Shown in pieces: positions 1 to 9,906 of a stretch of 64,000 bases of DNA. The notes under the pieces were generated by a model. That model did no database searches, was not told the origin of the DNA, and saw only the letters and a program-made list of their open reading frames with translations. Both the position numbers and the translations under genes were made by a program. Numbering within the stretch: position 1 is the first letter of the stretch; each line of letters opens with the position of its first letter. The stretch is from the IMG/VR virus record IMGVR_UViG_3300028275_000006, positions 1-64,000 of that record; one strand, 5' to 3'.

Positions 1-27
1 TATTATAGCAAAAATACAACAGCCGTG

Positions 28-855
28 TCAATCTTCTGCCGGTGTATTCTCTCGTTTCATTGCGTTATCGTATTCTTGATTAATCATACGGGTGTAACTT
101 GGGTTCATACCATTTTCTTGCAAGATATCGTCTCGGATGTTTTGCATTTTCTTTTCGATATTAATGACACGGACAAACGAATTCGTGACTGCCGCGGTAA
201 AATATGCGAAAGGGTTATCACTTTTGCTTTCATCAAATTGTAATCCTATTTGTGTAAGTTGAAGGATTGCTTGACCCTTCATTTCGTCATTGTAAGTATA
301 ACCTCTAACGTTACCTCTGGTAGCATATCGTTCGCAGAGTTTGATATACATACGGGCTAGTGTGTCTGTAATTTGACCATGATCTTTACTGAACTTGCCC
401 TTAATCATTCCGCCCTTCCAGTGGCTTTTACCTACACATATTAGTTCGTCATTGTCGTCAAATTTCCAGTGCTGGAACGCTGGAAAATTTACTTTCTCTC
501 TATGATCCGCCTGACTTTTTGGTGTACGTTTACGCCCAGGTTCTAGCGGAATGTGATCGTAAGTCATAATTCTAAAAACTAAATCAGTTTTTTCAATTTT
601 CTTATAATCTACTTCAAACTCGGCTACTTTAACTTTGGGGTTTACGGCTTTAGCCGCTTCAAATGCTTGTTGTTGCTGTCGTTTAGCCTTAACTCTTTTG
701 GCTTCTGCGATGGTTCTAATGTTAATTTTTTCTAAACTTGGTAGTATTAAGTCGTATTGATGGTACTCTGGCTTAACAAAACTACAGTAAGAGTTCTTAC
801 TTTTGTGTATCTCGGATAACAAATCTTTGTTATTCAGGTAGTTAACTTTTTTCAT
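28..855 (-). CDS. gp55: T4 gp55-like late-transcription sigma factor
   Basis: N-terminal YLNNKDLL and C-terminal FDESKSDNPFAYFTAAVTNSFVRVINIEKK match the gp55 pattern (YVNNK... FDPEKS.NPFAYFT); strong SD GAGGAG upstream. Confidence 0.8.
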   Translation of the reverse strand: MKKVNYLNNKDLLSEIHKSKNSYCSFVKPEYHQYDLILPSLEKINIRTIAEAKRVKAKRQQQQAFEAAKAVNPKVKVAEFEVDYKKIEKTDLVFRIMTYDHIPLEPGRKRTPKSQADHREKVNFPAFQHWKFDDNDELICVGKSHWKGGMIKGKFSKDHGQITDTLARMYIKLCERYATRGNVRGYTYNDEMKGQAILQLTQIGLQFDESKSDNPFAYFTAAVTNSFVRVINIEKKMQNIRDDILQENGMNPSYTRMINQEYDNAMKRENTPAED

Positions 856-879
856 TATAATTATGACTCCTCACTATAA

Positions 880-908
880 ATTATAAACTATGCACTTAAT
901 AAAGTCAA
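880..908 (-). promoter_or_regulatory. sigma70-type promoter for the late sigma gene
   Basis: Minus strand reads TTGACT-N17-TATAAT. Confidence 0.8.
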
Positions 909-914
909 TAAATA
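907..914 (+). promoter_or_regulatory. late promoter (AATAAATA) for the baseplate operon
   Basis: T4-like TATAAATA variant 22 nt upstream of the ATG at 937; the same core precedes other structural genes. Confidence 0.65.
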
Positions 915-936
915 TGTTTAACAAGGATAACCAAAA

Positions 937-1824
937 ATGCCATTAGACTTAAACAATTTTGTTAGCGGTGCTAGATCTATTGCTGGCTCTGTAGCCGGTA
1001 CATTGGGTACTATCGGGAATACGGTAAACACATTAAAAACGGAAGGGTTTGGCGCGGCATTACGTAGCGTTAATTTACTCCCGGGCGGAGAAACAGGCGC
1101 AAAAAGTAATCCAGCATCTGCAATTTTTAGTTCATCTGCAAGTAGAGATTGGAGAGTGCGTTTAAGCCTCCCAACTAACCCAGCATATAAATCTAGTTCT
1201 ATTATGCGTCCGTTGATAGAAACCAATGGTATGGTGTTTCCTTTTACGCCCTCAATACAGATGCAACATACGGCAAACTACCAGCCAATGACACCTGTAC
1301 ACAATAATTATCCTTTCTTGTCTTATGAAAACAGCAAAGTTGATGCAATGACAATTACAGGACAGTTTTTCTGCGAAGATGCTGTGGAAGCCGCATACTG
1401 GATTGCCGCAGTACATTATCTAAAATCAGTAACAAAGATGGCATTCGGTTCTGACACAAATGCAGGAGCACCTCCTCCAGTATTAAAACTTAACGGATAC
1501 GGAGATTATGTATTCAAAGATGTGCCTGTGGTAGTTACAAACTTTTCAATAGAATTACCTAATGATTGTGATTATATTTCTACAGGACTATCTGCCGGCG
1601 CACCTAGTGCAGGTGTAGTATCAAAGGCAGCATCTTTAGTTGGAATTAACATTCCAGGATCCAGCGTAGGACAAGGTGTCGCGTGGGCACCAGTTAAAAG
1701 TACAATTACAGTTACAGTACAGCCATTGTACAGTAGAGAACAAGTTAGAAACTTTAGCCTTGATAAGTTTATCAAAGGAGACTATGTACTTGGTTCAGGT
1801 AACAATAAATCAGGATTCATTTAA
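937..1824 (+). CDS. baseplate tail-tube initiator (gp48/gp54-like, CIS tube-like)
   Basis: FPFTPSIQ...ITITGQF...PPPVLKLNGYG...VPVVVTNFSIELP pattern of tube-fold baseplate proteins; first gene before gp53-like. Confidence 0.55.
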   Translation: MPLDLNNFVSGARSIAGSVAGTLGTIGNTVNTLKTEGFGAALRSVNLLPGGETGAKSNPASAIFSSSASRDWRVRLSLPTNPAYKSSSIMRPLIETNGMVFPFTPSIQMQHTANYQPMTPVHNNYPFLSYENSKVDAMTITGQFFCEDAVEAAYWIAAVHYLKSVTKMAFGSDTNAGAPPPVLKLNGYGDYVFKDVPVVVTNFSIELPNDCDYISTGLSAGAPSAGVVSKAASLVGINIPGSSVGQGVAWAPVKSTITVTVQPLYSREQVRNFSLDKFIKGDYVLGSGNNKSGFI

Positions 1825-2123
1825 TGGTAACGTATAACAATAAAAGCCCGTGGTTTAAAACACAAGAACTTCCAGGATTTCTTGCACCTATCAATGTGCG
1901 CCCAGTTAGTGCAGAGCCAGACGATTGGGTTTATACAATTGAACCGCAGTACAATCACAGACCTGATTTATTAGCATATGACTTGTATGGCTCTACTAAA
2001 TTATGGTGGGTGTTCATGCAACGTAATATGGACACTATAAAAGATCCAATTTTTGATTTTAGATCTGGAGTAAAAATTTACATTCCTAAAAAATCTAGTT
2101 TATTCGATGTGTTAGGATTATAA
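1824..2123 (+). CDS. baseplate wedge protein, gp53/LysM-like
   Basis: RPDLLAYDLYGSTKLWWVF motif, 99 aa. Confidence 0.75.
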   Translation: MVTYNNKSPWFKTQELPGFLAPINVRPVSAEPDDWVYTIEPQYNHRPDLLAYDLYGSTKLWWVFMQRNMDTIKDPIFDFRSGVKIYIPKKSSLFDVLGL

Positions 2124-2124
2124 T

Positions 2125-4560
2125 ATGCCTTTAACAGACAGTATCGGTATTAAACGAAATGTACTGGAAAAATTTTCTTCCTATAACAGCATTTTTACAA
2201 TTAGTGCTTTAACTAGTGAACAAATAAATTTTCCAGAATCATCTACAAGTTATAAAAATAATCAACTAGGACAGATTATTTTACGTAGCGGTGCAGGCAG
2301 ACCCGACAACAGAGTTATGACTGCATATACTTCAGCGGCAAACCCAACAGGAAAATACGACTTTTATATTGACAACATTGAAATAGGTAGTTTAATAACC
2401 TACGATAAAAGAACTAAAGGAACAAACTCTACAAATATAAGTTTTGAAATATTTGAACCTTATAGTTTAGGAATGTTTTTACAGACATTACAATTAGCCG
2501 CCGCCGCACAATCGGATCAAGGTATGATGGTTAACTATACAGAAATGCCTTTTTTGTTAACCATAGAATTTATTGGCTATGACAGCGCAGGAAATATTAT
2601 TCCTGTAGACGACGTTTTAAATCGACACATTCCTTTTACTTGGGGACAGATAGAAATGGATATTTCTGCCTCTGGTTGTCGATATAAATGCACAGCCATT
2701 CCTTACAACGAATCTGCACTGTCAGACGAAGTAAACACATTAAAATCAGATATAAAAATCAGCGGCACAACAGTTCAGGAAATATTACAGTCGGGTACTA
2801 ATAGTCTGCAAAGATGGGCCAATGAGCGTACAAAAGAAATGGCCAAACAAGGAAGTGAAACAGGCAAAGAAGAATATGTTCCAGACGAAATTGTTATAAT
2901 CTTTCCTAAAGACGGCGCACAGATATCATCTACAGAAATTCAAGATGATGCTGGACAATCAGCAACAGTTAATCCATCGTCGGAATCAAAAGATAAAAAA
3001 GTTCAAGAAAAATTAACATTAAACAAAAGTAGTAACTCTGTGGGCGGCACAGCAGGATCTGTAAAAATGCTCGTGCAGAATTCAGAATCTTTAAACGATA
3101 TAGGTAAATCAAAAATGGGATTTGACCTAGACACTGGCGGAGACAGTCAATTAAAACCTAAAGATCAAATACAAAAAGACCCAGACAAGCCTAACTCTAG
3201 AAAAGACAACGTCTACGATCCTAAGGATAAAGTTTTTAAATTTGGCCAAGGCACAACAATAGTTAATGCTATTACAGAAGTATTGTTGATGAGCGAATTT
3301 TGTAAAACAAACACAACGGCGCCTTCAGACAAAATGGGATTTAAAAAATGGTTTAGAATTGAAACACAGGTATTCAATTTAAAGCCACAGCCTGGAAACA
3401 ATAACAGGGCAAAGATTCCTAAACTTTATGTTTTTAAAATTGTTGAATATCTTGTACACGAGCACAGATTTAAACCTCCAGGCGCACAGCCACAGGGTTA
3501 CGATGAATTAAAAAAGAATGCAGTTAAAGAATACAATTACATTTACACTGGCAAAAACGTAGATATTCTTACTTTTAATATTCAATTAAAAGCAGGATTG
3601 TTTACAACGGCTTATGCAGATAAAAACGCACTATCCGGCGCGGTGTACCCGCAAATTAATGGCCAAGGCGTAGGTTCCGCAGGACAACCGACCAACGACG
3701 AAGCAAACAAAAATGCTGTTGAAAAAGGTGCTCCAGTTGTTCCTGTAGGCGAAACATTTAGAAGATATAAAAATGCTGGTGGCGGTCCAAACGATGACTA
3801 TCGTAGTTTAGTTGCTAAAAACTTTTACGAAGCATTACTAAACAGTCAAGCAGATTTAATGACAGCAGACATAGAAATACTAGGAGACCCTTACTATATT
3901 GCCGATAGTGGTATGGGAAATTTCAGTGACATTCCTGCAAACTTTAATGAAACATCCAGTGGCGCAATGAATTATCAAAGTGGCGAAGTCGATGTTATCG
4001 TTAATTTTAGAACACCATCGGATTATAATTCTATCACCGGAAACATGGACTTTATGTCTGGTGTTCAAAATGCAGGATTTAGTGGGTTGTATAATGTTCA
4101 AGAAGTTACAAACGTCTTTAAAGGCGGAAAATTTACACAAACATTAAAAGCAATACGCAGACCAATACAAGAACCAGTTAAAGAAGCACCGGCTGAAACT
4201 AAACAAGATGTTAAAAAACAAGAAGTTCCTGTAGCAGAACAAGCAACAAACAAACCTGAACCTCCAAAACAACAAACGTTTGCACAGGCATTTGCATCTG
4301 CAAGAAAGAGTGCAGGAAATAGCGGCGGCAGATTTACTTGGACAGATCCTAAGACAGGTAATACTGGAGTTTATCATACTGGATATAAAGGTGAAAATGT
4401 ATTACCGCCTAACACAGACGAAGGTAAATCATTAACACAACGTCCAGGAGAAACTGCTAAGAAGTCAATCGATTCTGTTTCTAAAGGATCGAGAGAAAGT
4501 CAAGTTGAATACACTAATACAGGAATACCAATTCCAGGAAGACCAAGAGGCGGCGCATAA
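2125..4560 (+). CDS. baseplate hub protein (gp27-like) with a C-terminal extension
   Basis: Position between gp53-like and spike; IEILGDPY and FSGLYNVQEVTNVFKGGKFTQTLKAIR hub-like motifs. Confidence 0.55.
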   Translation: MPLTDSIGIKRNVLEKFSSYNSIFTISALTSEQINFPESSTSYKNNQLGQIILRSGAGRPDNRVMTAYTSAANPTGKYDFYIDNIEIGSLITYDKRTKGTNSTNISFEIFEPYSLGMFLQTLQLAAAAQSDQGMMVNYTEMPFLLTIEFIGYDSAGNIIPVDDVLNRHIPFTWGQIEMDISASGCRYKCTAIPYNESALSDEVNTLKSDIKISGTTVQEILQSGTNSLQRWANERTKEMAKQGSETGKEEYVPDEIVIIFPKDGAQISSTEIQDDAGQSATVNPSSESKDKKVQEKLTLNKSSNSVGGTAGSVKMLVQNSESLNDIGKSKMGFDLDTGGDSQLKPKDQIQKDPDKPNSRKDNVYDPKDKVFKFGQGTTIVNAITEVLLMSEFCKTNTTAPSDKMGFKKWFRIETQVFNLKPQPGNNNRAKIPKLYVFKIVEYLVHEHRFKPPGAQPQGYDELKKNAVKEYNYIYTGKNVDILTFNIQLKAGLFTTAYADKNALSGAVYPQINGQGVGSAGQPTNDEANKNAVEKGAPVVPVGETFRRYKNAGGGPNDDYRSLVAKNFYEALLNSQADLMTADIEILGDPYYIADSGMGNFSDIPANFNETSSGAMNYQSGEVDVIVNFRTPSDYNSITGNMDFMSGVQNAGFSGLYNVQEVTNVFKGGKFTQTLKAIRRPIQEPVKEAPAETKQDVKKQEVPVAEQATNKPEPPKQQTFAQAFASARKSAGNSGGRFTWTDPKTGNTGVYHTGYKGENVLPPNTDEGKSLTQRPGETAKKSIDSVSKGSRESQVEYTNTGIPIPGRPRGGA

Positions 4561-5954
4561 TGTCTAATGAAAATAATAGAAGTAATGAAGTAAGCGGTGG
4601 AAGAGTTGATCCAGGCCCTCACTTGGCAAGAGTAGTTAGAAATGAAGATAACAAATATATGGGCACACTCCATGTACAGTTATTGCGTGATGTTGGTAAT
4701 ATACCAAACAGTGAAGGTAGCACATATCCTGTACAGTATCTAAGTCCATTTTATGGTGTTACTAGTTTAGAGCATGTGGGAAAAAATAATACCTATGACG
4801 ACACACAAAAAAGTTACGGTATGTGGATGGTGCCGCCAACTGAAGGAGGAATAGTTGTTGTTATTTTTATTGAAGGCGATACTAGCAAAGGTTTCTGGCT
4901 AGGCTGTGTTCAGGATGAATACATGAATTTTATGATTCCTGGAATTGCCGCAACGGAATTGAATACAAAAATTCCTCCAGCAAAAGAACCTGTAGCAGAA
5001 TACAATAAAAAACTTAATACAGGAAATCAACCTGATGCTACACAAATTAAAAAACCTGTACATCCGTTTACAGGAGTATTAAGCACACAAGGTTTACTAA
5101 CAGATGAAATTAGAGGCATAACAACTAGCTCTGCTCGCAGAGAAAGCCCAAGTAATGTATTTGGTATTAGTACCCCAGGGCCTGTAGATAGATTATCTGG
5201 ACAGGCACGCGGTACAGTTGGAACAAAAGAAAATCCTGTTAAAGGAGCCTTTGTTAGTCGTTTAGGCGGCACAACTTTAGTAATGGATGACGGCGATGAA
5301 AATTATCTACGAACAGGACATGCTTCAGAAACTGCTTCTAATTATGTGTCTGTAGATGACAAAGGCGGCAGCAAAGATATACCTCACAATGAATTATTTC
5401 GTATTAGGACAAGAACTGGACATCAGATTCTTTTACACAATAGTGAAGATTTAATTTACATAGGTAATGCTCGAGGTACTACTTGGATCGAATTGACTAG
5501 CAACGGAAAGATAGATATTTTTGCCGAAGACAGCATTAGTATCCATACTAAAAACGACCTAAATATTACAGCAGACAGAGATATTAATATGAAAGCCGGT
5601 AGAAATATAAATTTAATTGCCGGAGAAAAAATGCACACGGAAACGGGTGCAGACTGGTTAGTGTCTGTAGGTGCAGACAGCAAATTAACAGTTAGCGGAC
5701 AGAGCAATATCAGTGCCGGCGGCAACCATGTTGAAACAGCCAGCCAAATTCATATGAACGGCCCTGCGGCATCGACCTGCGGATCGGCTAGTGCGCCCAA
5801 GCGAATTCCACAGCACGAACCGTGGTCAGGACATGAAAATTTAAATCCAGCAGGCCATACTCCTGCTAAAACAGACTCTAGTTCTAGTGCAAGTGTAACA
5901 GATGGAACACAGTCTAAAATCGTTGATACCTTCAAAAAGATATCAAAAAAATAA
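4560..5954 (+). CDS. baseplate central spike (gp5/VgrG-like), no lysozyme domain seen
   Basis: OB-fold N-terminus (GMWMVPP..G..VVVIFIEGD...FWLG), RTRTGHQILL, beta-helix repeats SISIHTKNDLNITADRDINMKAG. Confidence 0.75.
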   Translation: MSNENNRSNEVSGGRVDPGPHLARVVRNEDNKYMGTLHVQLLRDVGNIPNSEGSTYPVQYLSPFYGVTSLEHVGKNNTYDDTQKSYGMWMVPPTEGGIVVVIFIEGDTSKGFWLGCVQDEYMNFMIPGIAATELNTKIPPAKEPVAEYNKKLNTGNQPDATQIKKPVHPFTGVLSTQGLLTDEIRGITTSSARRESPSNVFGISTPGPVDRLSGQARGTVGTKENPVKGAFVSRLGGTTLVMDDGDENYLRTGHASETASNYVSVDDKGGSKDIPHNELFRIRTRTGHQILLHNSEDLIYIGNARGTTWIELTSNGKIDIFAEDSISIHTKNDLNITADRDINMKAGRNINLIAGEKMHTETGADWLVSVGADSKLTVSGQSNISAGGNHVETASQIHMNGPAASTCGSASAPKRIPQHEPWSGHENLNPAGHTPAKTDSSSSASVTDGTQSKIVDTFKKISKK

Positions 5955-5957
5955 GAA

Positions 5958-5964
5958 ATAAATA
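5958..5964 (+). promoter_or_regulatory. late promoter core ATAAATA
   Basis: Directly upstream of the gp25-like ATG. Confidence 0.55.
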
Positions 5965-5971
5965 TTAAACT

Positions 5972-6415
5972 ATGGCAACTTATAACTCAGTCTCAGGTAG
6001 AAGTGTAATCCCTCAAAACGGAATACCAGATGCCGTTCCAACGGGCCGAGCGTACCGCGGACTAAGCACAATTAGCAACCCAACAGGTAGTTTTACACTA
6101 TATGATTTAAGTCTAATCAAGCAGGATATTGTGAATCATCTACATATTAGACAGGGTGAAAAATTAGAAAATCCTGAGTTTGGTTGTATTATTTGGGACC
6201 TTTTATTCGATCCTTTAACAGAAGAATTAAAAGATATTATTGCAGAAAACGTTACACAGATAATGAACTACGACCCTAGAGTTAAAGTAGATAGCCTTAT
6301 AGTAAGCCAATATGAAAGCGGCATTCAAGTAGAATGTAACTTAACTTATTTGCCTTATAATATTTCTGAACAACTACGCTTCAGATTTGACGAAGAAAAT
6401 AACATCCTCAGTTAA
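5972..6415 (+). CDS. gp25: baseplate wedge protein gp25-like
   Basis: LIKQDIVNHLHIRQGEKLENPEFGCIIWDLLFDP...YDPRV pattern. Confidence 0.85.
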   Translation: MATYNSVSGRSVIPQNGIPDAVPTGRAYRGLSTISNPTGSFTLYDLSLIKQDIVNHLHIRQGEKLENPEFGCIIWDLLFDPLTEELKDIIAENVTQIMNYDPRVKVDSLIVSQYESGIQVECNLTYLPYNISEQLRFRFDEENNILS

Positions 6416-6438
6416 TAATCTACCCACTTTTTAGACTT

Positions 6439-6446
6439 GATAAATA
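6439..6446 (+). promoter_or_regulatory. late promoter GATAAATA
   Basis: In the intergenic gap before the gp6-like gene. Confidence 0.65.
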
Positions 6447-6464
6447 TAATATCGAGGGCTGATT

Positions 6465-9400
6465 ATGGCAAGTGTAGATAGACAAAATAAACTAATAGCG
6501 GCAGAAGACTGGAAACGAGTATACCAGAGCTTTAAAAACGCAGACTTTAAATCGTACGACTTTGACAACCTTCGTCGTACTATGATCACGTATCTACGTG
6601 AAAATTATCCAGAAGATTTTAACGATTATATTGAGTCAAGTGAATACTTGGCCCTTATTGACCTTATTGCTTTCTTGGGACAAAACCTAGCATTTAGATT
6701 TGATTTAAACGCTCGTGATAACTTCCTTGAACTAGCAGAACGTCGTGAAAGTGTGCTACGTCTAGCACGTTTACTATCCTACAACCCTAAGCGCAATCAG
6801 CCAGCCAACGGACTTTTAAAGTTCACTTCTATATCTACAACAGAATCTGTTATTGACAGCAACGGCAGAGATTTATCCAATCAGACTATTGTATGGAATG
6901 ACAGTGCTAACAGCAATTGGTACGAGCAGTTTATTAAAGTAATCAATGCTTCGTTGCCAGAAACCAGCCAATTTGGAAAACCAACAGACAGCGCAACAAT
7001 TAGTGGTGTTCCTTGCGAACAATATCGATTCAACGCATCAAATACTGAAGTGCCTATCTACGGATTTAGCAAAAATATTGATGGTAGAAATATTGATTTC
7101 GAAGTAGTATCTACATCATTTTCTGGAGCAAACTTTATCTATGAAGAACCTCCGTTTCCAACAAACAGTCTAGCATTCTTATACAGAGATGATGGCGGCG
7201 GTCCTCCTAGTAGTAACACAGGTTTCTTTGTACATTTCCGTCAAGGTACATTACAAGAAAGTACATTTACAATTGAACGACCAAGCACTAGTGAAACATT
7301 AGACATTGACAGTCCTAACGTAAACAACACAGACGTGTGGTTATACGGACTTGACAGTATTGGTTTTGAATCCACACTATGGACTAAAGTTGATTCTGTT
7401 GAAGGCAACAACATCATTTACAATAGTCTTTCTAAGAATATTAGAGATGTTTACTCTGTGCTTACACGTTCATTGGATCGTATTAGATTAATCTTTTCTG
7501 ATGGAACTTTTGGAAATTTACCACAAGGTAATTTTAAAGTTTATTACAGAACAAGTAATGGACAGTCTTATTCTATTAATCCAGCAGATATTAAAAACGT
7601 TACCATTGATATTCCTTACATCAGTCGCTCAGGAAAGAAGGAAGTTGTAACCGTTGCATTAGGATTAAAATATACAGTTACTAATGCGACTATTGCAGAA
7701 ACATCTGACGAAATTAAAAACAATGCTCCTGCAACTTATTATACACAGAGTCGAATGATCACCGGTGAAGATTATAATATTCTTCCACTAAGTGTTAATC
7801 AAGAAGTTGTTAAAATTAAATCTGTTAACAGAGTTAGCAGTGGTATTAGCCGTTATTTTGACCTAAAAGATTCTACAGGAAAATACAGCACGACTAATTT
7901 GTTTGGTACAGATGGAGTTATCTATAAAGAACCGATAGTAGATATTTTTACCTTTAGCGTAAGCACACGTTCTGATATCGAAAATGTAGTATTAAATCAA
8001 ATAGAGCCTATACTTGCTCTTAGAAAAACTATTGATTTTTATCTTGACAGATATCCAACAGTTACACTAGCACCTAATTATAGTGCATTTTATCAAAAGA
8101 CTAATGCAGTTAATTTGTCTACAGGTTATGTAGGCGACATTGAAAATGCAGCCACAAAGAAGTTAGGATCTTTTACCAGTTCTAATTTGAGATACTTAAT
8201 TCCAGGTGCCCTTGCAAAATTTATTCCACCGACAGGAAAAGTATTTGATGCAGATAATAATATTATAGATGCAACAGCGGCAGATGAAAATTCAAAAACA
8301 TACATTTGGAGCAAAGTAATTAATGTTATTTCTGATGGTACTGCTTCAAATACAGGACAATTAACTGACGGAACCGGACCGGTTATCCTTAACGATGTTA
8401 TTGCTACCGGATCATACATAGATTCTATATTACCTAAATTTGTAACAGGTTTAGAATCTAGCGTAATTACCAGAATGGTTGATTTAATATTTGCTAATAA
8501 AGAATTTGGTTTACGTTACGATGCTAATCTTACTACATGGAAAATTGTTACAGACACCAACGTCGATAAGAAAAACGATTTTAGTTTAGGTAAAGCAGGA
8601 GATGTAAGTAACCAACAATTAGACGCCAGTTGGATTATTTTATTTGAAACTAACGGTGAAACTTATACTGTTACAAGTCGCGGCACTCGCTACGTTTTTG
8701 AAAGCGAAAAAGAAATTAGATTTTTCTTTGATAGTTCAGACAAAGTATACGACACTAGTACAGGAAAAATTGTTAGAGACAAAATTTCTGTATTAGGAAT
8801 CAACCCAGAACCAGATGCCACAACACCGATTAATCAAGATGTTAATTGGGAAATTGTTGACGAATATAAAGGATCTGACGGCTACATCGATAGTAAAAAG
8901 ATTTCAATTAGTTTTTACGATCAGGACGAAGACGGTGTAGTTGACAACCCAGAAATTTTTGATGTTATTGTTGCACCAGATGTTAACCCAGAACAAAAAT
9001 TTATTTTTCAAAAGAGCAGAGTTAGTATCGATGGTATAACAGATTACTATTATATTAAGAATGAAAATAATCTAATTAAAATTTTTACGACACAGGGTGT
9101 AGTAGACAGCAATCTGTTAGACAACCAACAATTAATCTATATTATGGATGAAAACGTTGTTAAAGTTTTCTATAAAGAAAGTGTAAGTTTTGTAATCACT
9201 ACAGAGTACAGAGCATTTGTGGGCAGAGACATGTTAAAATTCCAATACGTACACGCCGCAGATGAAAGTGCAAGAATAGATCCGGCAGCAACAAATATTA
9301 TTGATGTATTCATGTTAACAAAAAACTATGACACGCAATATCGCTTGTGGCTAAACGGTGACATAACAACCAAGCCACTGCCTCCAAGCAGTGATGCACT

Positions 9401-9896
9401 ATTCATTAATTTTGGTGCAGAGTTAGGAAAAATTAAAGCAATTAGCGACGAAGTAATCTATCATCCTGTAAAATATAAAAATTTATTTGGATCTAAAGCA
9501 GATATTAGTCTACAGGCAACATTTAAAGTTGTTAAAAATAGTTCATTAGTAGTCAGCGACAATGATATTAAGACTGGAGTTGTTAGCGCAATTAAGGAAT
9601 TCTTTTCTATAGATAACTGGGACTTTGGAGATACATTCTACTTTGGAGAATTAGCAACCTATATCATGAACAGAATGAGTCCAAGAATTGCAAATATTGT
9701 TTTAGTTCCTAAAAATCAAAACTTGTCATTTGGCAGTCTTTATGAAATTAAAGCAAATCCGGATGAAATATTTGCCAGTTCTGTGTCTGTAGATAATGTT
9801 GAAATTATTTCAGAAATTACAGCGGCAAGATTAAACACAACAGGAGTTGTGCTAACATCTAGCACCACTTCAGCAAACGGCATAGTAAGTAACTAA
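6465..9896 (+). CDS. gp6: baseplate wedge protein gp6-like (baseplate J family)
   Basis: DFDNLRRTMITYLR...DFNDYIESSEYLALIDLIAF, AERRESVLRLARLLSYNPKR, RMITGEDY. Confidence 0.8.
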   Translation: MASVDRQNKLIAAEDWKRVYQSFKNADFKSYDFDNLRRTMITYLRENYPEDFNDYIESSEYLALIDLIAFLGQNLAFRFDLNARDNFLELAERRESVLRLARLLSYNPKRNQPANGLLKFTSISTTESVIDSNGRDLSNQTIVWNDSANSNWYEQFIKVINASLPETSQFGKPTDSATISGVPCEQYRFNASNTEVPIYGFSKNIDGRNIDFEVVSTSFSGANFIYEEPPFPTNSLAFLYRDDGGGPPSSNTGFFVHFRQGTLQESTFTIERPSTSETLDIDSPNVNNTDVWLYGLDSIGFESTLWTKVDSVEGNNIIYNSLSKNIRDVYSVLTRSLDRIRLIFSDGTFGNLPQGNFKVYYRTSNGQSYSINPADIKNVTIDIPYISRSGKKEVVTVALGLKYTVTNATIAETSDEIKNNAPATYYTQSRMITGEDYNILPLSVNQEVVKIKSVNRVSSGISRYFDLKDSTGKYSTTNLFGTDGVIYKEPIVDIFTFSVSTRSDIENVVLNQIEPILALRKTIDFYLDRYPTVTLAPNYSAFYQKTNAVNLSTGYVGDIENAATKKLGSFTSSNLRYLIPGALAKFIPPTGKVFDADNNIIDATAADENSKTYIWSKVINVISDGTASNTGQLTDGTGPVILNDVIATGSYIDSILPKFVTGLESSVITRMVDLIFANKEFGLRYDANLTTWKIVTDTNVDKKNDFSLGKAGDVSNQQLDASWIILFETNGETYTVTSRGTRYVFESEKEIRFFFDSSDKVYDTSTGKIVRDKISVLGINPEPDATTPINQDVNWEIVDEYKGSDGYIDSKKISISFYDQDEDGVVDNPEIFDVIVAPDVNPEQKFIFQKSRVSIDGITDYYYIKNENNLIKIFTTQGVVDSNLLDNQQLIYIMDENVVKVFYKESVSFVITTEYRAFVGRDMLKFQYVHAADESARIDPAATNIIDVFMLTKNYDTQYRLWLNGDITTKPLPPSSDALFINFGAELGKIKAISDEVIYHPVKYKNLFGSKADISLQATFKVVKNSSLVVSDNDIKTGVVSAIKEFFSIDNWDFGDTFYFGELATYIMNRMSPRIANIVLVPKNQNLSFGSLYEIKANPDEIFASSVSVDNVEIISEITAARLNTTGVVLTSSTTSANGIVSN

Positions 9897-9906
9897 AGGA
9901 CAGTAA

